Positions 1 to 8,528 of a stretch of DNA of 24,000 nucleotides are shown here, in pieces. Every line of letters begins with the position of its first letter. Position 1 is the stretch's first letter. The stretch is from Candidatus Methanomethylicus mesodigestus (lineage in GTDB: Archaea > Thermoproteota > Methanomethylicia > Methanomethylicales > Methanomethylicaceae): contig MAGS01000019.1 in assembly GCA_001717005.1 (NCBI GenBank), forward strand, positions 14,978 to 38,977, given 5' to 3'. Both the position numbers and the translations under genes were made by a program. The notes under the pieces are model-generated. The model saw only the letters and a program-made list of their open reading frames with translations. It made no database searches and was not told where the DNA came from.

Positions 1-2
1 CC

Positions 3-146
3 CTCGTGATGATCTTCGTGGGTCTGCTGATAGTCCGGCTTGACCTGGCGGCGGTCGGTTTCTTCTTCTTCATGCTCCTTCCGTTCACCAGCAATGCGCT
101 GGCAAATTCTTACTACTATACCTACCAAGGGAGGGCAAACAAATGA
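3..146 (+). CDS. C-terminal fragment of a small membrane subunit, MnhG/MrpG-like (5' end lies outside the window)
   Basis: Frame is open from the window edge to TGA 144-146. Translation is LVMIFVGLLIVRLDLAAVGFFFFMLLPFTSNALANSYYYTYQGRANK: hydrophobic, with a tail resembling the conserved MnhG C-terminus. The stop overlaps the next ATG (ATGA). Confidence 0.4.
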   Translation, partial: LVMIFVGLLIVRLDLAAVGFFFFMLLPFTSNALANSYYYTYQGRANK

Positions 147-397
147 TCGACGCATTCATGGTCATAGCATATGTGATGGTTATAGGCATAGCAATCGGCG
201 CCGTCGCCGCATTGCTCCAGAAGGACCTTCTGAGGGCCGCCTTCCTGAGCGGCGCCGAAAGCATCGCACTGGCTTTCCTCTTCCAGGCGCTACTGGCGCC
301 GGACCTCGGCCTCACTCAGGCCATCGTTGCAACGGTGCTCATGCCCGGCATAATCATCATTGGGATATTCAAGACGCGGAGGCATGAGGAAGAATGA
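143..397 (+). CDS. DUF4040 / MnhB N-terminal-like membrane subunit (MbhD/EhbD position)
   Basis: 84 aa with about 3 TM helices. Motif KDLLRAAFLSG...LLAPDLGLTQAIV matches the APDvALTq signature of DUF4040/MrpB-N. ATGA overlaps at both ends. Confidence 0.62.
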   Translation: MIDAFMVIAYVMVIGIAIGAVAALLQKDLLRAAFLSGAESIALAFLFQALLAPDLGLTQAIVATVLMPGIIIIGIFKTRRHEEE

Positions 398-768
398 TCG
401 AACTCAATCTGCAGTTCCTTAGCTTCATGGCTGCAGCGGTGCTTGTGGTTATCGGGCTGGGAGGCATGCTGTTCCTTGATAACCTGATAAAAAAGATAAT
501 CGCATTTACGCTGCTCTCCGACGGCGTCAACCTCGCTCTGGTAACCCTTGGTTACGTGGAGGGCGGGATAGTTTCGATACTCGAGCCAGGAACTTCCGGC
601 GCGGCATTCCCAACCAACGCCGTGTTGATCTTCGGGCCCGGCATTGTCCTGACCAACATCGTCATCGGAGTCAGCACGACCGCAGTGCTCGTTGCGGTGA
701 CGATGGTCCTTTACCAGAGGTATGGCACGCTTAAGGCGTCCAAGGTACTCAAGGGTGAGCGCAAATGA
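394..768 (+). CDS. MnhC/MrpC / NuoK-like membrane subunit
   Basis: 124 aa with 3 TM helices. The N-terminus (MIELNLQFLSFMAAAVLVVIGLGGMLF..NLIKKIIAFTLLSDGVNL) fits the NuoK/MnhC pattern. ATGA overlaps with both neighbours. Confidence 0.72.
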   Translation: MIELNLQFLSFMAAAVLVVIGLGGMLFLDNLIKKIIAFTLLSDGVNLALVTLGYVEGGIVSILEPGTSGAAFPTNAVLIFGPGIVLTNIVIGVSTTAVLVAVTMVLYQRYGTLKASKVLKGERK

Positions 769-2276
769 ACGAGTCCATATCAAACCTCTGGTCAATACCT
801 CTCTTCATAATCATCCCCATATTGGCTGCTATTCTGCTCAACGTCCTTTACAGTCGGAAGCGCGCGATAAGCGTGACCGCCGTCGTCTCCTCGCTGGCTC
901 TCATCGTTGTAAGTGTCTTGTCCCCATTCGGATTCCACTGGTTCACAGGGCAGCCTGCCGTCCTGCCTACCGGCGGATACACCTACAGGGCAGACCTGCT
1001 TGGCTGGAACCTCGCGTTAGAATATTACTATGGTCCCCTTCAGCAGATAGCCATCTTCCTCGCATCTGTGCTCCTGCTGTTCGTAGTCCTGATCGCGATA
1101 AACTCGCTCAAGAAGAACACCGGGACGTACATCTCGCTGCTATTCCTCACCTTCATGTCTGCTGCAATAGTCATAATGGTGAACGACTTCTATCACCTTT
1201 GGATCGGTGTAGAGATCGGTAGCCTGATAGTTGCAGGCGTGGTTCTGGCAACCGGAGAAGCCGTCAGCCAGAAGGCTGCGCTGAAGTATACCTTCTTCTC
1301 AGCCTTGAGCGGCGCCGGGCTGGCCATTGCCCTCGCCCTGATCTTGGGCGTCACCGGGTATGCAAACATCTCCGACGCGATAATCGCTATGCCGCTCAAC
1401 GACGCCTCGCTGGCAAGCGTCCTGTATGTCGCATTCGGCTTCACCGTCCTCTCTTGGATATACGCAGGCGGGCTCGCGCCGATTCATCCGCTGAAGGCTG
1501 ATGTATACGGCTCTGCATTCCCGCACGCAACCATCCTCCTGCAGACGCAGTCAAAGCTCATGCTAGTGGCGATCGGTCTCGTCATTCTCAGGCTCTTCGG
1601 CACTCTCCCGTTTGCGAAGGAGGTCATGCTCTCCGTGAGCGTCCTCACTATGATGATCGGCGTAGTCATGGCGATGCTACAGACTGACTTCAGATGGACG
1701 CTGGCCTACTTGATAGTGAGCCACAGCGGGCTGGTGACCTTGGGGATCTCTCTTGGGACAGTTCAGGGCATAATCGGCGGACTCTTCCAGGCCGTCAATG
1801 ACGTGGTCTACATGAGCGTCCTGCTGCTGGCATGCGAGGGGATCTACTACTTCGGTCGCGGGACTTCCATAAAGACCGTCAGCGGCATAGCTAAGCGTGC
1901 GCCATGGCTTGCTGTGGCTGCAATAATTGGCGCGTTCGCCGCATCAGGGGTGCCGCCATTCAACGGCTTCCAGAGCGAGATCATACTGATACAGGCGTCG
2001 CTCAACTATGGCATGCCTGAGCTGGCAATCGTGGTGTTGATGGTCAGCGTCACGACCTTCATTGCACTCTTCAAGGGCATCTACAACATATTCTTGAGGC
2101 CGGACGACGCTCCACAGGCGGGCGAGAAGCAGGGCATGCCTGTCCCGAGGATGCTTTACGTTTGCCTTGCCGCCCTGATCTTTATCACGATACTCTTCGG
2201 AGTATATCCGCAGCTAGCAATCAACTTCCTGAATGAGGCAGCACTTAAGGTGGTGTATATCCCGTGGGTTCCATAG
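765..2276 (+). CDS. MrpD/NuoL-M-N-like antiporter-type large membrane subunit
   Basis: 503 aa and polytopic (about 14 predicted TM helices). Size and position after the NuoK-like gene fit this family, as does the region WIYAGGLAPIHPLKADVYGSAFPHATILLQTQSKLMLVAIGLVILRL, which resembles the W.P.A..aP.P.SA...K.G.Y core. It is divergent from canonical NuoN. Confidence 0.8.
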   Translation: MNESISNLWSIPLFIIIPILAAILLNVLYSRKRAISVTAVVSSLALIVVSVLSPFGFHWFTGQPAVLPTGGYTYRADLLGWNLALEYYYGPLQQIAIFLASVLLLFVVLIAINSLKKNTGTYISLLFLTFMSAAIVIMVNDFYHLWIGVEIGSLIVAGVVLATGEAVSQKAALKYTFFSALSGAGLAIALALILGVTGYANISDAIIAMPLNDASLASVLYVAFGFTVLSWIYAGGLAPIHPLKADVYGSAFPHATILLQTQSKLMLVAIGLVILRLFGTLPFAKEVMLSVSVLTMMIGVVMAMLQTDFRWTLAYLIVSHSGLVTLGISLGTVQGIIGGLFQAVNDVVYMSVLLLACEGIYYFGRGTSIKTVSGIAKRAPWLAVAAIIGAFAASGVPPFNGFQSEIILIQASLNYGMPELAIVVLMVSVTTFIALFKGIYNIFLRPDDAPQAGEKQGMPVPRMLYVCLAALIFITILFGVYPQLAINFLNEAALKVVYIPWVP

Positions 2277-2587
2277 ACAGCTTGTATGATAAAGTGAAGC
2301 GGTTCGTAATCGAATTTACGTCAGGCAAGGGCACGTCAAGTGCCATGACCGGGTACATGACTGGCGAGCTACAGACCGTTGCATTTATCATGATCTTGGC
2401 GTCGTTCTTCAGGATCTTCTCTGTGCCTCTCGGGATTGTCTTGCTGGCAGCCGTGGTCGGCGCGCTCTTCTTCTTCGGCCCTATGATAAAAGCCATGGAG
2501 AGGGAGAACAGCAGCGGTCTGAACAGGGTCCTCTTCTGGGTCATGATTTACTTTGCCGTGATAATAGCCGTTACTCTTTGGGGCTGA
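2264..2587 (+). CDS. Small integral membrane protein of unknown function (hydrogenase cluster member)
   Basis: 107-aa ORF if the GTG at 2264 is used (13-nt overlap with the upstream gene). An in-frame ATG at 2345 would give about 80 aa. The C-terminal two thirds are hydrophobic helices. No motif was recognised and the start is uncertain. Confidence 0.5.
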   Translation: MGSIDSLYDKVKRFVIEFTSGKGTSSAMTGYMTGELQTVAFIMILASFFRIFSVPLGIVLLAAVVGALFFFGPMIKAMERENSSGLNRVLFWVMIYFAVIIAVTLWG

Positions 2588-2593
2588 TATAGC

Positions 2594-3469
2594 ATGGAAA
2601 GCAAAGCACTTAAAGGATCAAGGGGAATAATCGCCGTCATCGCATTGATGATCATATTCGTAGGGGTCTCCACCTCGCTTCTGCAACTCAACGGGAACGT
2701 GGCACGAGGCATAAGCCCCGAATACAACGCGCTAGCCCCATATGAGGCGCCCAACAACCTGGCGAGTTGGGTCTACGACTACCGCGGCTTCGACACGCTC
2801 ATTGAGACGGGCGTGATATACGTAGGCGCACTTGTCTCCGTCCTTGCCATAGGCAGGGGGATCGTACGCACAAAGGGCGTCGCAGAAGAAGCGCCGGTGG
2901 CACAGTCTAGCATGGATTTCCACGTATCCTCCCTTAACGTCATACTCAAGTACTTCGGCATCCCGGTGATCATCCTCATCGTCGCATACTCGCTGCTCGT
3001 GCTTACTGGCGCCGCGACCTCTGGAGGCGGAGGATTCCAGTGCGGAGTTATCTTCTCGTCCGCATTCCTTCTAGGGATGATATTCTATGGGAAGAAGAAC
3101 CCGCTCAATCTCAGCAAGAAGTTTCTCATAGGGATCGGCGGCTTTGGCTGGGCGCTGTATGCGCTGCTAGGGCTTCCGGGATACCTGGTTACGGGATACT
3201 GGCAGTACAATGTGGGCGCTGACCTCTGGTCATCCGGCCTGATCTCGGGCGTCAGCGGCATGTCTGCGGTCGTCCCGGACATCATGCGCCAGATATTCGG
3301 CGACCCGTTCAGGATTCTCCTTGTTCTGTCCGACGGCACCTACGCCTCTACGGCGGGCATAGTGCCGCTGATCAATATCGGCGAGGCATTCAACGTGATC
3401 GGCGCCATCGGTTTGATCTTCTTGGTGTTTGCTTACGGCTATACTGACGAGGAGGGCAAATCCAAATGA
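2594..3469 (+). CDS. MnhB/MrpB-like membrane subunit
   Basis: 291 aa. Contains YDYRGFDTLIETGVI (the MnhB RG.DTlgE motif) and TSGGGGFQCGVI (the MnhB PGGGF.gG motif), with multiple TM helices. Confidence 0.72.
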   Translation: MESKALKGSRGIIAVIALMIIFVGVSTSLLQLNGNVARGISPEYNALAPYEAPNNLASWVYDYRGFDTLIETGVIYVGALVSVLAIGRGIVRTKGVAEEAPVAQSSMDFHVSSLNVILKYFGIPVIILIVAYSLLVLTGAATSGGGGFQCGVIFSSAFLLGMIFYGKKNPLNLSKKFLIGIGGFGWALYALLGLPGYLVTGYWQYNVGADLWSSGLISGVSGMSAVVPDIMRQIFGDPFRILLVLSDGTYASTAGIVPLINIGEAFNVIGAIGLIFLVFAYGYTDEEGKSK

Positions 3470-3756
3470 TCGAGTTACAGCTCTTCCCTGCTCTCGCCGG
3501 CGAGGTCACCCCCATAGTGGTCGCATTCGTGTTGGGCATCCTCTTCGGCACACAGTTGCAGGGCAAGATATCCAAGCGCATGATTGGCCTGATCATAGGT
3601 CTAAGCATAATCGCTGCGGTCCTCTTCGAGGCGCCCATATTCACATGGAGCCTCTTGGCAGGCTTCATAAGCGAGCACATCAGCATCTCCGTGGCATTCG
3701 TGGCCGCCACAATCGGAATGTTCGTCGGAAAGGCGTTCAGGGGAGGGCGTGAATGA
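3466..3756 (+). CDS. Small integral membrane protein of unknown function
   Basis: 96 aa with about 3 TM helices. ATGA overlap with the upstream gene, and the stop lies 1 nt before the next ATG. No motif was recognised. Confidence 0.5.
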   Translation: MIELQLFPALAGEVTPIVVAFVLGILFGTQLQGKISKRMIGLIIGLSIIAAVLFEAPIFTWSLLAGFISEHISISVAFVAATIGMFVGKAFRGGRE

Positions 3757-3757
3757 G

Positions 3758-4198
3758 ATGTACTTGACGACAAGTGCCTGCACCAAGTGCGCAAAATGCT
3801 GGGAGGTCTGCCCAACTGATTGCATAAAGCATCCTGATGGCATACCATTCAGCTGCACGACTTGCGGCATCTGCGCTTCTGTCTGCCCCACGACAGCGAT
3901 AAGGAAGAACCGCTTCGGCGGCTACTACGTCGACAGGTCAAGGTGCACGCGCTGCGGGATGTGCGTAAAGCACTGCCCGTTCACATTTGCGAAGATCGTG
4001 AATGACAGGGTAAGAGGCATCTGCATCAGGTGCGGCAAATGCGTGGATGTCTGCCCAGTCAATGCGCGCATCGACATACTCAAGTCCGTCAAGCAGCCCA
4101 TCGACTATGCCGTGCTGCTCGAGGTTGCAACCCCTGAGCGACTCAAGGCGATCATCGAGGGCAAGCCGATAGAGATCAAAGCGGAGGCAACAAAATGA
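3758..4198 (+). CDS. Polyferredoxin with 4 predicted [4Fe-4S] motifs
   Basis: Four CxxCxxCxxxCP motifs: CTKCAKCWEVCP, CTTCGICASVCP, CTRCGMCVKHCP, CIRCGKCVDVCP. ATG 3758 is preferred over GTG 3749 because GGGGAGGG lies about 11 nt upstream. Confidence 0.85.
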   Translation: MYLTTSACTKCAKCWEVCPTDCIKHPDGIPFSCTTCGICASVCPTTAIRKNRFGGYYVDRSRCTRCGMCVKHCPFTFAKIVNDRVRGICIRCGKCVDVCPVNARIDILKSVKQPIDYAVLLEVATPERLKAIIEGKPIEIKAEATK

Positions 4199-5340
4199 CA
4201 GCGACTCAACCCGCAGCAACTGTCGCTCCTGCATCTGCGCCAGCTCCAGCGCCAGCAGCGGCACCGACGCCAGCACCGGCCCCTGCGCCAATCACCAAAG
4301 TTTCAAAGCGCAAGATCTACAGGGACATGTCAAAATGCATGCTCTGCGGAAGGTGCCGGAACATCTGCCCGACAAGCGCGATCAAGCTAGCCACAGATGA
4401 GAAGGGCGTTTGCACCAACTGCAACCTCTGCGCCGAGGTCTGCCCTGTAAAGGCAATCGACTCCTTCGAGGGCAAGATAAAGCCGGAGGAGATCGGGCTG
4501 CACTACACCAAGATGCAGTCCTACAATGACCGCAAGATCAAGATCAACTGCGTGAACTGCATGGAGTGCTACGAGCAATGCCCGGCTAACGCGATATACT
4601 ATGAGGAGGGCAAGCTGCTCATAAAGAAGGGCGACGCCGGGGCATCCATAATCAACTGCTCGCTCTGCTCCCTCTGCGCGAGGGCGTGCCCGACGAATGC
4701 GCTGAAGTTCGAGCTCAACCGGATAAAGCTCATACCTGACTTCTGTGTCCTGTGCGGGGAGTGCGTGAGGGTCTGCCCGACGCAGACCATGCGCCTCAAG
4801 GACCGATACCCTGAGGGCGCATGCGTCATGTGCGGAAGGTGCGTGAAGTCTTGCCCGGTAGGCGCGCTCTCCATCAAGCCTGTCTCTTGGAACGGGTCGA
4901 TCGAAGATGGCTGCATAAGGTGCGGGACCTGCAGCAAGGCCTGCCCCACATCTGCAATCACGTTCGATCCCACGACCATGGACAAGCCCGAGGTGGACCT
5001 CTCGAAGTGCATACTCTGCGAGATATGCGCGGCTGACTGCCCTGTCGACGCCATCAAGATCAAGTGCAATTTGCCTGAGAGGAAGCTGGAGAAGCACTCC
5101 ATAAAGATCAACCAGAGCCTCTGCGTGGGCTGCGGCCTATGCGTCGATGCCTGCAAGATCACCCTGAAGGGCGACCCTGCCATGTCCCTGAAGGACGGTC
5201 TGGCACAGGTCAATGAAATGAAGTGCATCGGGTGCGGCGCATGCGCCACCACCTGCCCTGCTGAGTGCATTAGGGTGGTCAAGATCTATGACAAGAAACG
5301 AGTGGCCGGACAGGCCAGCGATGTGGTGATACTGCCATGA
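4195..5340 (+). CDS. Polyferredoxin with 10 predicted [4Fe-4S] motifs and an N-terminal Ala/Pro-rich linker
   Basis: 381 aa. I counted ten CxxCxxCxxxC(P/K) motifs by eye. The first about 34 aa are low complexity (TATQPAATVAPASAPAPAPAAAPTPAPAPAP). ATGA overlap with the upstream polyferredoxin gene. Confidence 0.9.
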   Translation: MTATQPAATVAPASAPAPAPAAAPTPAPAPAPITKVSKRKIYRDMSKCMLCGRCRNICPTSAIKLATDEKGVCTNCNLCAEVCPVKAIDSFEGKIKPEEIGLHYTKMQSYNDRKIKINCVNCMECYEQCPANAIYYEEGKLLIKKGDAGASIINCSLCSLCARACPTNALKFELNRIKLIPDFCVLCGECVRVCPTQTMRLKDRYPEGACVMCGRCVKSCPVGALSIKPVSWNGSIEDGCIRCGTCSKACPTSAITFDPTTMDKPEVDLSKCILCEICAADCPVDAIKIKCNLPERKLEKHSIKINQSLCVGCGLCVDACKITLKGDPAMSLKDGLAQVNEMKCIGCGACATTCPAECIRVVKIYDKKRVAGQASDVVILP

Positions 5341-5831
5341 TTACCTTCCTGAGACTGATGTTGACCGGCGCGTACACGAACGCCCTGAGGATACTCGCAA
5401 AGGACGACCGCGCCACTAGCATGTCCATAAGGAACAGCATCCTTACCCTGAGCGTACAGCCAACGCCGACCGTGCTCGATGAGATGTGCATAGGCTGCGG
5501 CGGCTGCTACAACGTCTGCCCCACGAAGGCAATCGAGATGGTCAAGCTTGAAACCCCTGTGGAGGTGGTGGAGGGATACATGAAGGAGCAGGTCCCAAGG
5601 ATAGACCTGCTGAAGTGCATCTACTGCCTCAACTGCCACGACACCTGCCCGATCTACTCGATATTCGGCGAGGCAGCCCCGATCCACGCAAGGGACGTAG
5701 GGATGCCCCGCATGACCCTGCAGGAGGTCCTCAAGAAGCCCGTGAAGGCCCCTCCAGAGACGATAGCCGAGCTGAGCAAGCTGATACCCTCATCAACAAT
5801 CTCTATCATAACAGGAGGCAAGAAAGAGTGA
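5337..5831 (+). CDS. 2x[4Fe-4S] ferredoxin subunit, NuoI/HycF/EchF-like
   Basis: 164 aa. Two motifs, [12 protein letters not shown] and [12 protein letters not shown], are separated by a long spacer as in NuoI-type subunits. It sits directly upstream of the small subunit (GTGA overlap). Confidence 0.72.
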   Translation: MITFLRLMLTGAYTNALRILAKDDRATSMSIRNSILTLSVQPTPTVLDEMCIGCGGCYNVCPTKAIEMVKLETPVEVVEGYMKEQVPRIDLLKCIYCLNCHDTCPIYSIFGEAAPIHARDVGMPRMTLQEVLKKPVKAPPETIAELSKLIPSSTISIITGGKKE

Positions 5832-6277
5832 CGCTGAAGTCAACTTCCAGGAAGAAAGCCATACACGTTATGCTCTGCTACACCGGCGGGTGCAACGGCT
5901 GCGACATAGAAGTGGTCAATGCGCTCCTGTCGCCCCGATACGACCTCGAGCAGTATGGCGTCATGCTGACCTGGAACCCGAGGGAAGCCGACGTCCTGAT
6001 AGTCTCGGGCGTGGTCTCATGGCAGATGCTCGAGCCGCTCAAGAAGATTTACTCGCTCATACCCGAACCGAAGGCCGTCGTCGCCGTTGGCGCATGCGCG
6101 TGCAACGGCAACGTCTACAAGAACCTGGTCGGGGACATCAAGGTAAACGAGGATGTGTATGCCCCGGTCGAAAGCGTGATACCTGTCGACGTGAAGGTGC
6201 CAGGCTGCGCACCTCGCCCGGAGGAGATAATCCAAGGCGCAGTAAAGGGTCTGCCAAAGCTTATGGGGGCTCCATAA
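5828..6277 (+). CDS. Group-4 [NiFe]-hydrogenase small subunit (NuoB-like)
   Basis: Contains [13 protein letters not shown] (hydrogenase-type CxxC), AVGACACNG and [12 protein letters not shown] place the start at GTG 5828 (GGAGG at about 5814, GTGA overlap) rather than the track's ATG 5615, whose extra 71 aa lie inside the upstream ferredoxin gene. Confidence 0.9.
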   Translation: MTLKSTSRKKAIHVMLCYTGGCNGCDIEVVNALLSPRYDLEQYGVMLTWNPREADVLIVSGVVSWQMLEPLKKIYSLIPEPKAVVAVGACACNGNVYKNLVGDIKVNEDVYAPVESVIPVDVKVPGCAPRPEEIIQGAVKGLPKLMGAP

Positions 6278-6278
6278 A

Positions 6279-7460
6279 ATGACAGAAGCAAACAATGAAA
6301 AAATGATCGAAAAAGAGCTCTCTTTCGGGCCGGTCCATCCGGCGCTGATTGAACCTTACCGGATAAGGCTCTTCGTTAACGACGAGATTGTTGAGGACTG
6401 CGAGATAAACATAAACATGGCCTACCGTGGCATGGAGAAGCTCTTCGATGGTCTCCCTGTCGAGAAGGCGCTGCTGATCGCTGAGCGCGTCTGCGGCATC
6501 TGCTCGCACGTGCACGCTTGGAACGCAGTGAGGGTCATAGAATGCGGACTGGGGATAGAGGTGCCGCCTAGGGCCGACTACATACGCGTGCTCGTTCAGG
6601 AATTCCAGCGCATAACGAGCCACCTGATATTCTTCGGGCATGCATTCGAGGTGGTGGGGCACGAGACCCTCGCCATGCGCGCACTCCTGCTCAGGGAGCA
6701 GTTCATGGACCTTATGCAGTATGTTGGAGGCAACCGTGTCATGCCGTCCGTCCCTATCATCGGCGGCATAAGGCCGAGGGCGGATCTGACCGACAGCCTG
6801 AAGAAGACCATACTGGAGCGCTGCGATGCATTCGAGGCGAAGTATGCCCAGTACGTGCAGAGGATACTCGACGACCCTCTGGTCATCTCAAGGGTAAACG
6901 GCATAGGCCTGCTCACGAAAGAGGATGCGATAAAGTACCACGCGACCGGCCCTACCGGGCGCGCATCAGGATGGAGGTATGACCTCAGGACCGAAATGAA
7001 GGAATACAAGCCCTTCGACTTCAATGTCATAGTTCTCGATGGATGCGACACTAAGGATAGGGTCGTCGACCGCGCACTTGAGGTGCTTGAGAGTCTGAAG
7101 ATTATCCATCAGGTCGTAAAGAACCTGCCTGATGGCCCGGTTGTGAACCGGAATTGGGTCGCGAAGGAGATGCCCTTCACTACAGCCTACCTCGAAACCT
7201 ACCGCGGGGAGGTCATGCACACATACGGCCTGGATCACCAGGGTCTAGTGCGGAACTATCAGATACGCACGCCAACGATAACCAACCTAGCCGCGATGGA
7301 GCATGCCTGCGTGGGCGACCACGTGACCGAGGCAATACTCACGATTGCGAGCTGCGATCCATGCCTGACCTGCTGCACAAGGACGGAGGTCGTGGATTCC
7401 GGAAAGCGCCGAACCATGACTGATTATGAGATCGTAAGAAAGTATGGGTGGAGGAAATGA
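6279..7460 (+). CDS. Group-4 [NiFe]-hydrogenase large subunit (NuoD-like), all four Ni-ligand Cys present
   Basis: 393 aa. N-terminal RVCGICSHVH (Cys72/Cys75, nt 6492-6503) and C-terminal DPCLTCCTR (Cys362/Cys365, nt 7362-7373). 25 residues follow the conserved Arg. Confidence 0.92.
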   Translation: MTEANNEKMIEKELSFGPVHPALIEPYRIRLFVNDEIVEDCEININMAYRGMEKLFDGLPVEKALLIAERVCGICSHVHAWNAVRVIECGLGIEVPPRADYIRVLVQEFQRITSHLIFFGHAFEVVGHETLAMRALLLREQFMDLMQYVGGNRVMPSVPIIGGIRPRADLTDSLKKTILERCDAFEAKYAQYVQRILDDPLVISRVNGIGLLTKEDAIKYHATGPTGRASGWRYDLRTEMKEYKPFDFNVIVLDGCDTKDRVVDRALEVLESLKIIHQVVKNLPDGPVVNRNWVAKEMPFTTAYLETYRGEVMHTYGLDHQGLVRNYQIRTPTITNLAAMEHACVGDHVTEAILTIASCDPCLTCCTRTEVVDSGKRRTMTDYEIVRKYGWRK

Positions 7461-8512
7461 CAATGGACGCAACCATCCTCTTCTTGGCCCAGCTGATCGT
7501 CTCTTCCGTCATAGCGCTCGCGATCGCAACGCTCTACTCGCTGGTGCTTCCGGGAATCGAGCGGAAGATCCAGGCAAGGATACAGCAGCGCGTCGGTCCT
7601 CCGATACTCATGCCCGGCTTCTGGTCAGTGATCAAGTTCATGTACAAGGCGAGGACTGAGCCGATCGCTCAGATGCCCCGGTTCTACAAGTTCCTGATCG
7701 GCTTCGGTGTCGGGGTCGTCTCCCTGCTCTTCCTCTTCAATACGCCTTACTGGTGGTTCATGCTCGGGTGGGGCAGCATCTTGGGGATTGCCGGGATGCT
7801 GAAACTCGAGGAGGTCATTTATGTCTTCATGGGATCGCAGTCCCAGTCCATCATGTCGACCTCAATGCCCGTCCCGGACACCGTCAGGGGGTCCAAGTGG
7901 CCGAACATCCGCAGGGAGTTCAACGAGCAGCACAGCGCCGAGAGATCCCTCAAGATGATGCTGATAGGGTCCCTCCCGCTCTATCTGGCGCTCCTCGTCC
8001 CGTTCATAGTGGCGCAGAGCGTGAACATCGGCTCCGTCGTCGTGACCCAGAACCCTGCCTACTCCCCGTTCAACTCTTGGCTATCCTTCTCGCTGCCAAC
8101 CAGCCCCATACTCTTCACCGTCCCCGGCTTCATTGCAGCCATCGTATACTTCTTGGGATTCGTCGTGATGCTCAACGAGAAGCCCTTCACCATACTCAAG
8201 GCAAAGATCGACATGATCGAGGGAGGCGTTCTGGAGTACGCCGCCAACCTCAGGGCAGGATATTACCTGATGCGCAACCTGCTCATGTTCGCGCTGTCCA
8301 GCATATTCGTTACCCTCTTCCTTGGGATACCCTTCGACCCATTCATGCCCGCCATGTTCCTGATGAATATGGTCTTGAGCCTGATGCTGCCCATCGCCCT
8401 CTCTGTGCTCGTCGCGTTCTCGCCGATATTCACATTCAGGCAGATCTATCCGACCGCGATAGGGCTCTCTGCCCTTGGAGTGCTTGCAATGATACTTGCG
8501 CTCAGCATATGA
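7457..8512 (+). CDS. NuoH/HycD/EchB-like membrane subunit
   Basis: Contains LPGIERKIQARIQQRVGPP...FWSVIKFMYKA, the typical NuoH-family N-terminal signature, and is polytopic. I place the start at ATG 7457 (GGTGGAGG upstream, ATGA overlap); the track starts at GTG 7448. It has a hydrophilic insert, GSQSQSIMSTSMPVPDTVRGSKWPNIRREFNEQHSAERS. Confidence 0.85.
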   Translation: MTMDATILFLAQLIVSSVIALAIATLYSLVLPGIERKIQARIQQRVGPPILMPGFWSVIKFMYKARTEPIAQMPRFYKFLIGFGVGVVSLLFLFNTPYWWFMLGWGSILGIAGMLKLEEVIYVFMGSQSQSIMSTSMPVPDTVRGSKWPNIRREFNEQHSAERSLKMMLIGSLPLYLALLVPFIVAQSVNIGSVVVTQNPAYSPFNSWLSFSLPTSPILFTVPGFIAAIVYFLGFVVMLNEKPFTILKAKIDMIEGGVLEYAANLRAGYYLMRNLLMFALSSIFVTLFLGIPFDPFMPAMFLMNMVLSLMLPIALSVLVAFSPIFTFRQIYPTAIGLSALGVLAMILALSI

Positions 8513-8528
8513 TTGGTGGTTTGACAAT

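Noticed and set aside
4387-5282. Two long minus-strand ORFs (236 and 227 aa) antisense to the 10-cluster polyferredoxin
   Set aside because: The plus strand has ten perfectly spaced CxxCxxCxxxCP motifs. The antisense translations have skewed, repetitive composition (Ala/Leu/Arg-rich in one frame, Ser/His-rich in the other), consistent with reading the highly repetitive Cys-motif sequence on the opposite strand.
5615-5827. ORF-track N-terminal extension (71 aa) of the first small subunit
   Set aside because: The extension lies entirely within the upstream ferredoxin gene in another frame and is Arg/Pro-rich. GTG 5828, with GGAGG upstream and a GTGA overlap, gives a normal NuoB-like protein of about 150 aa.
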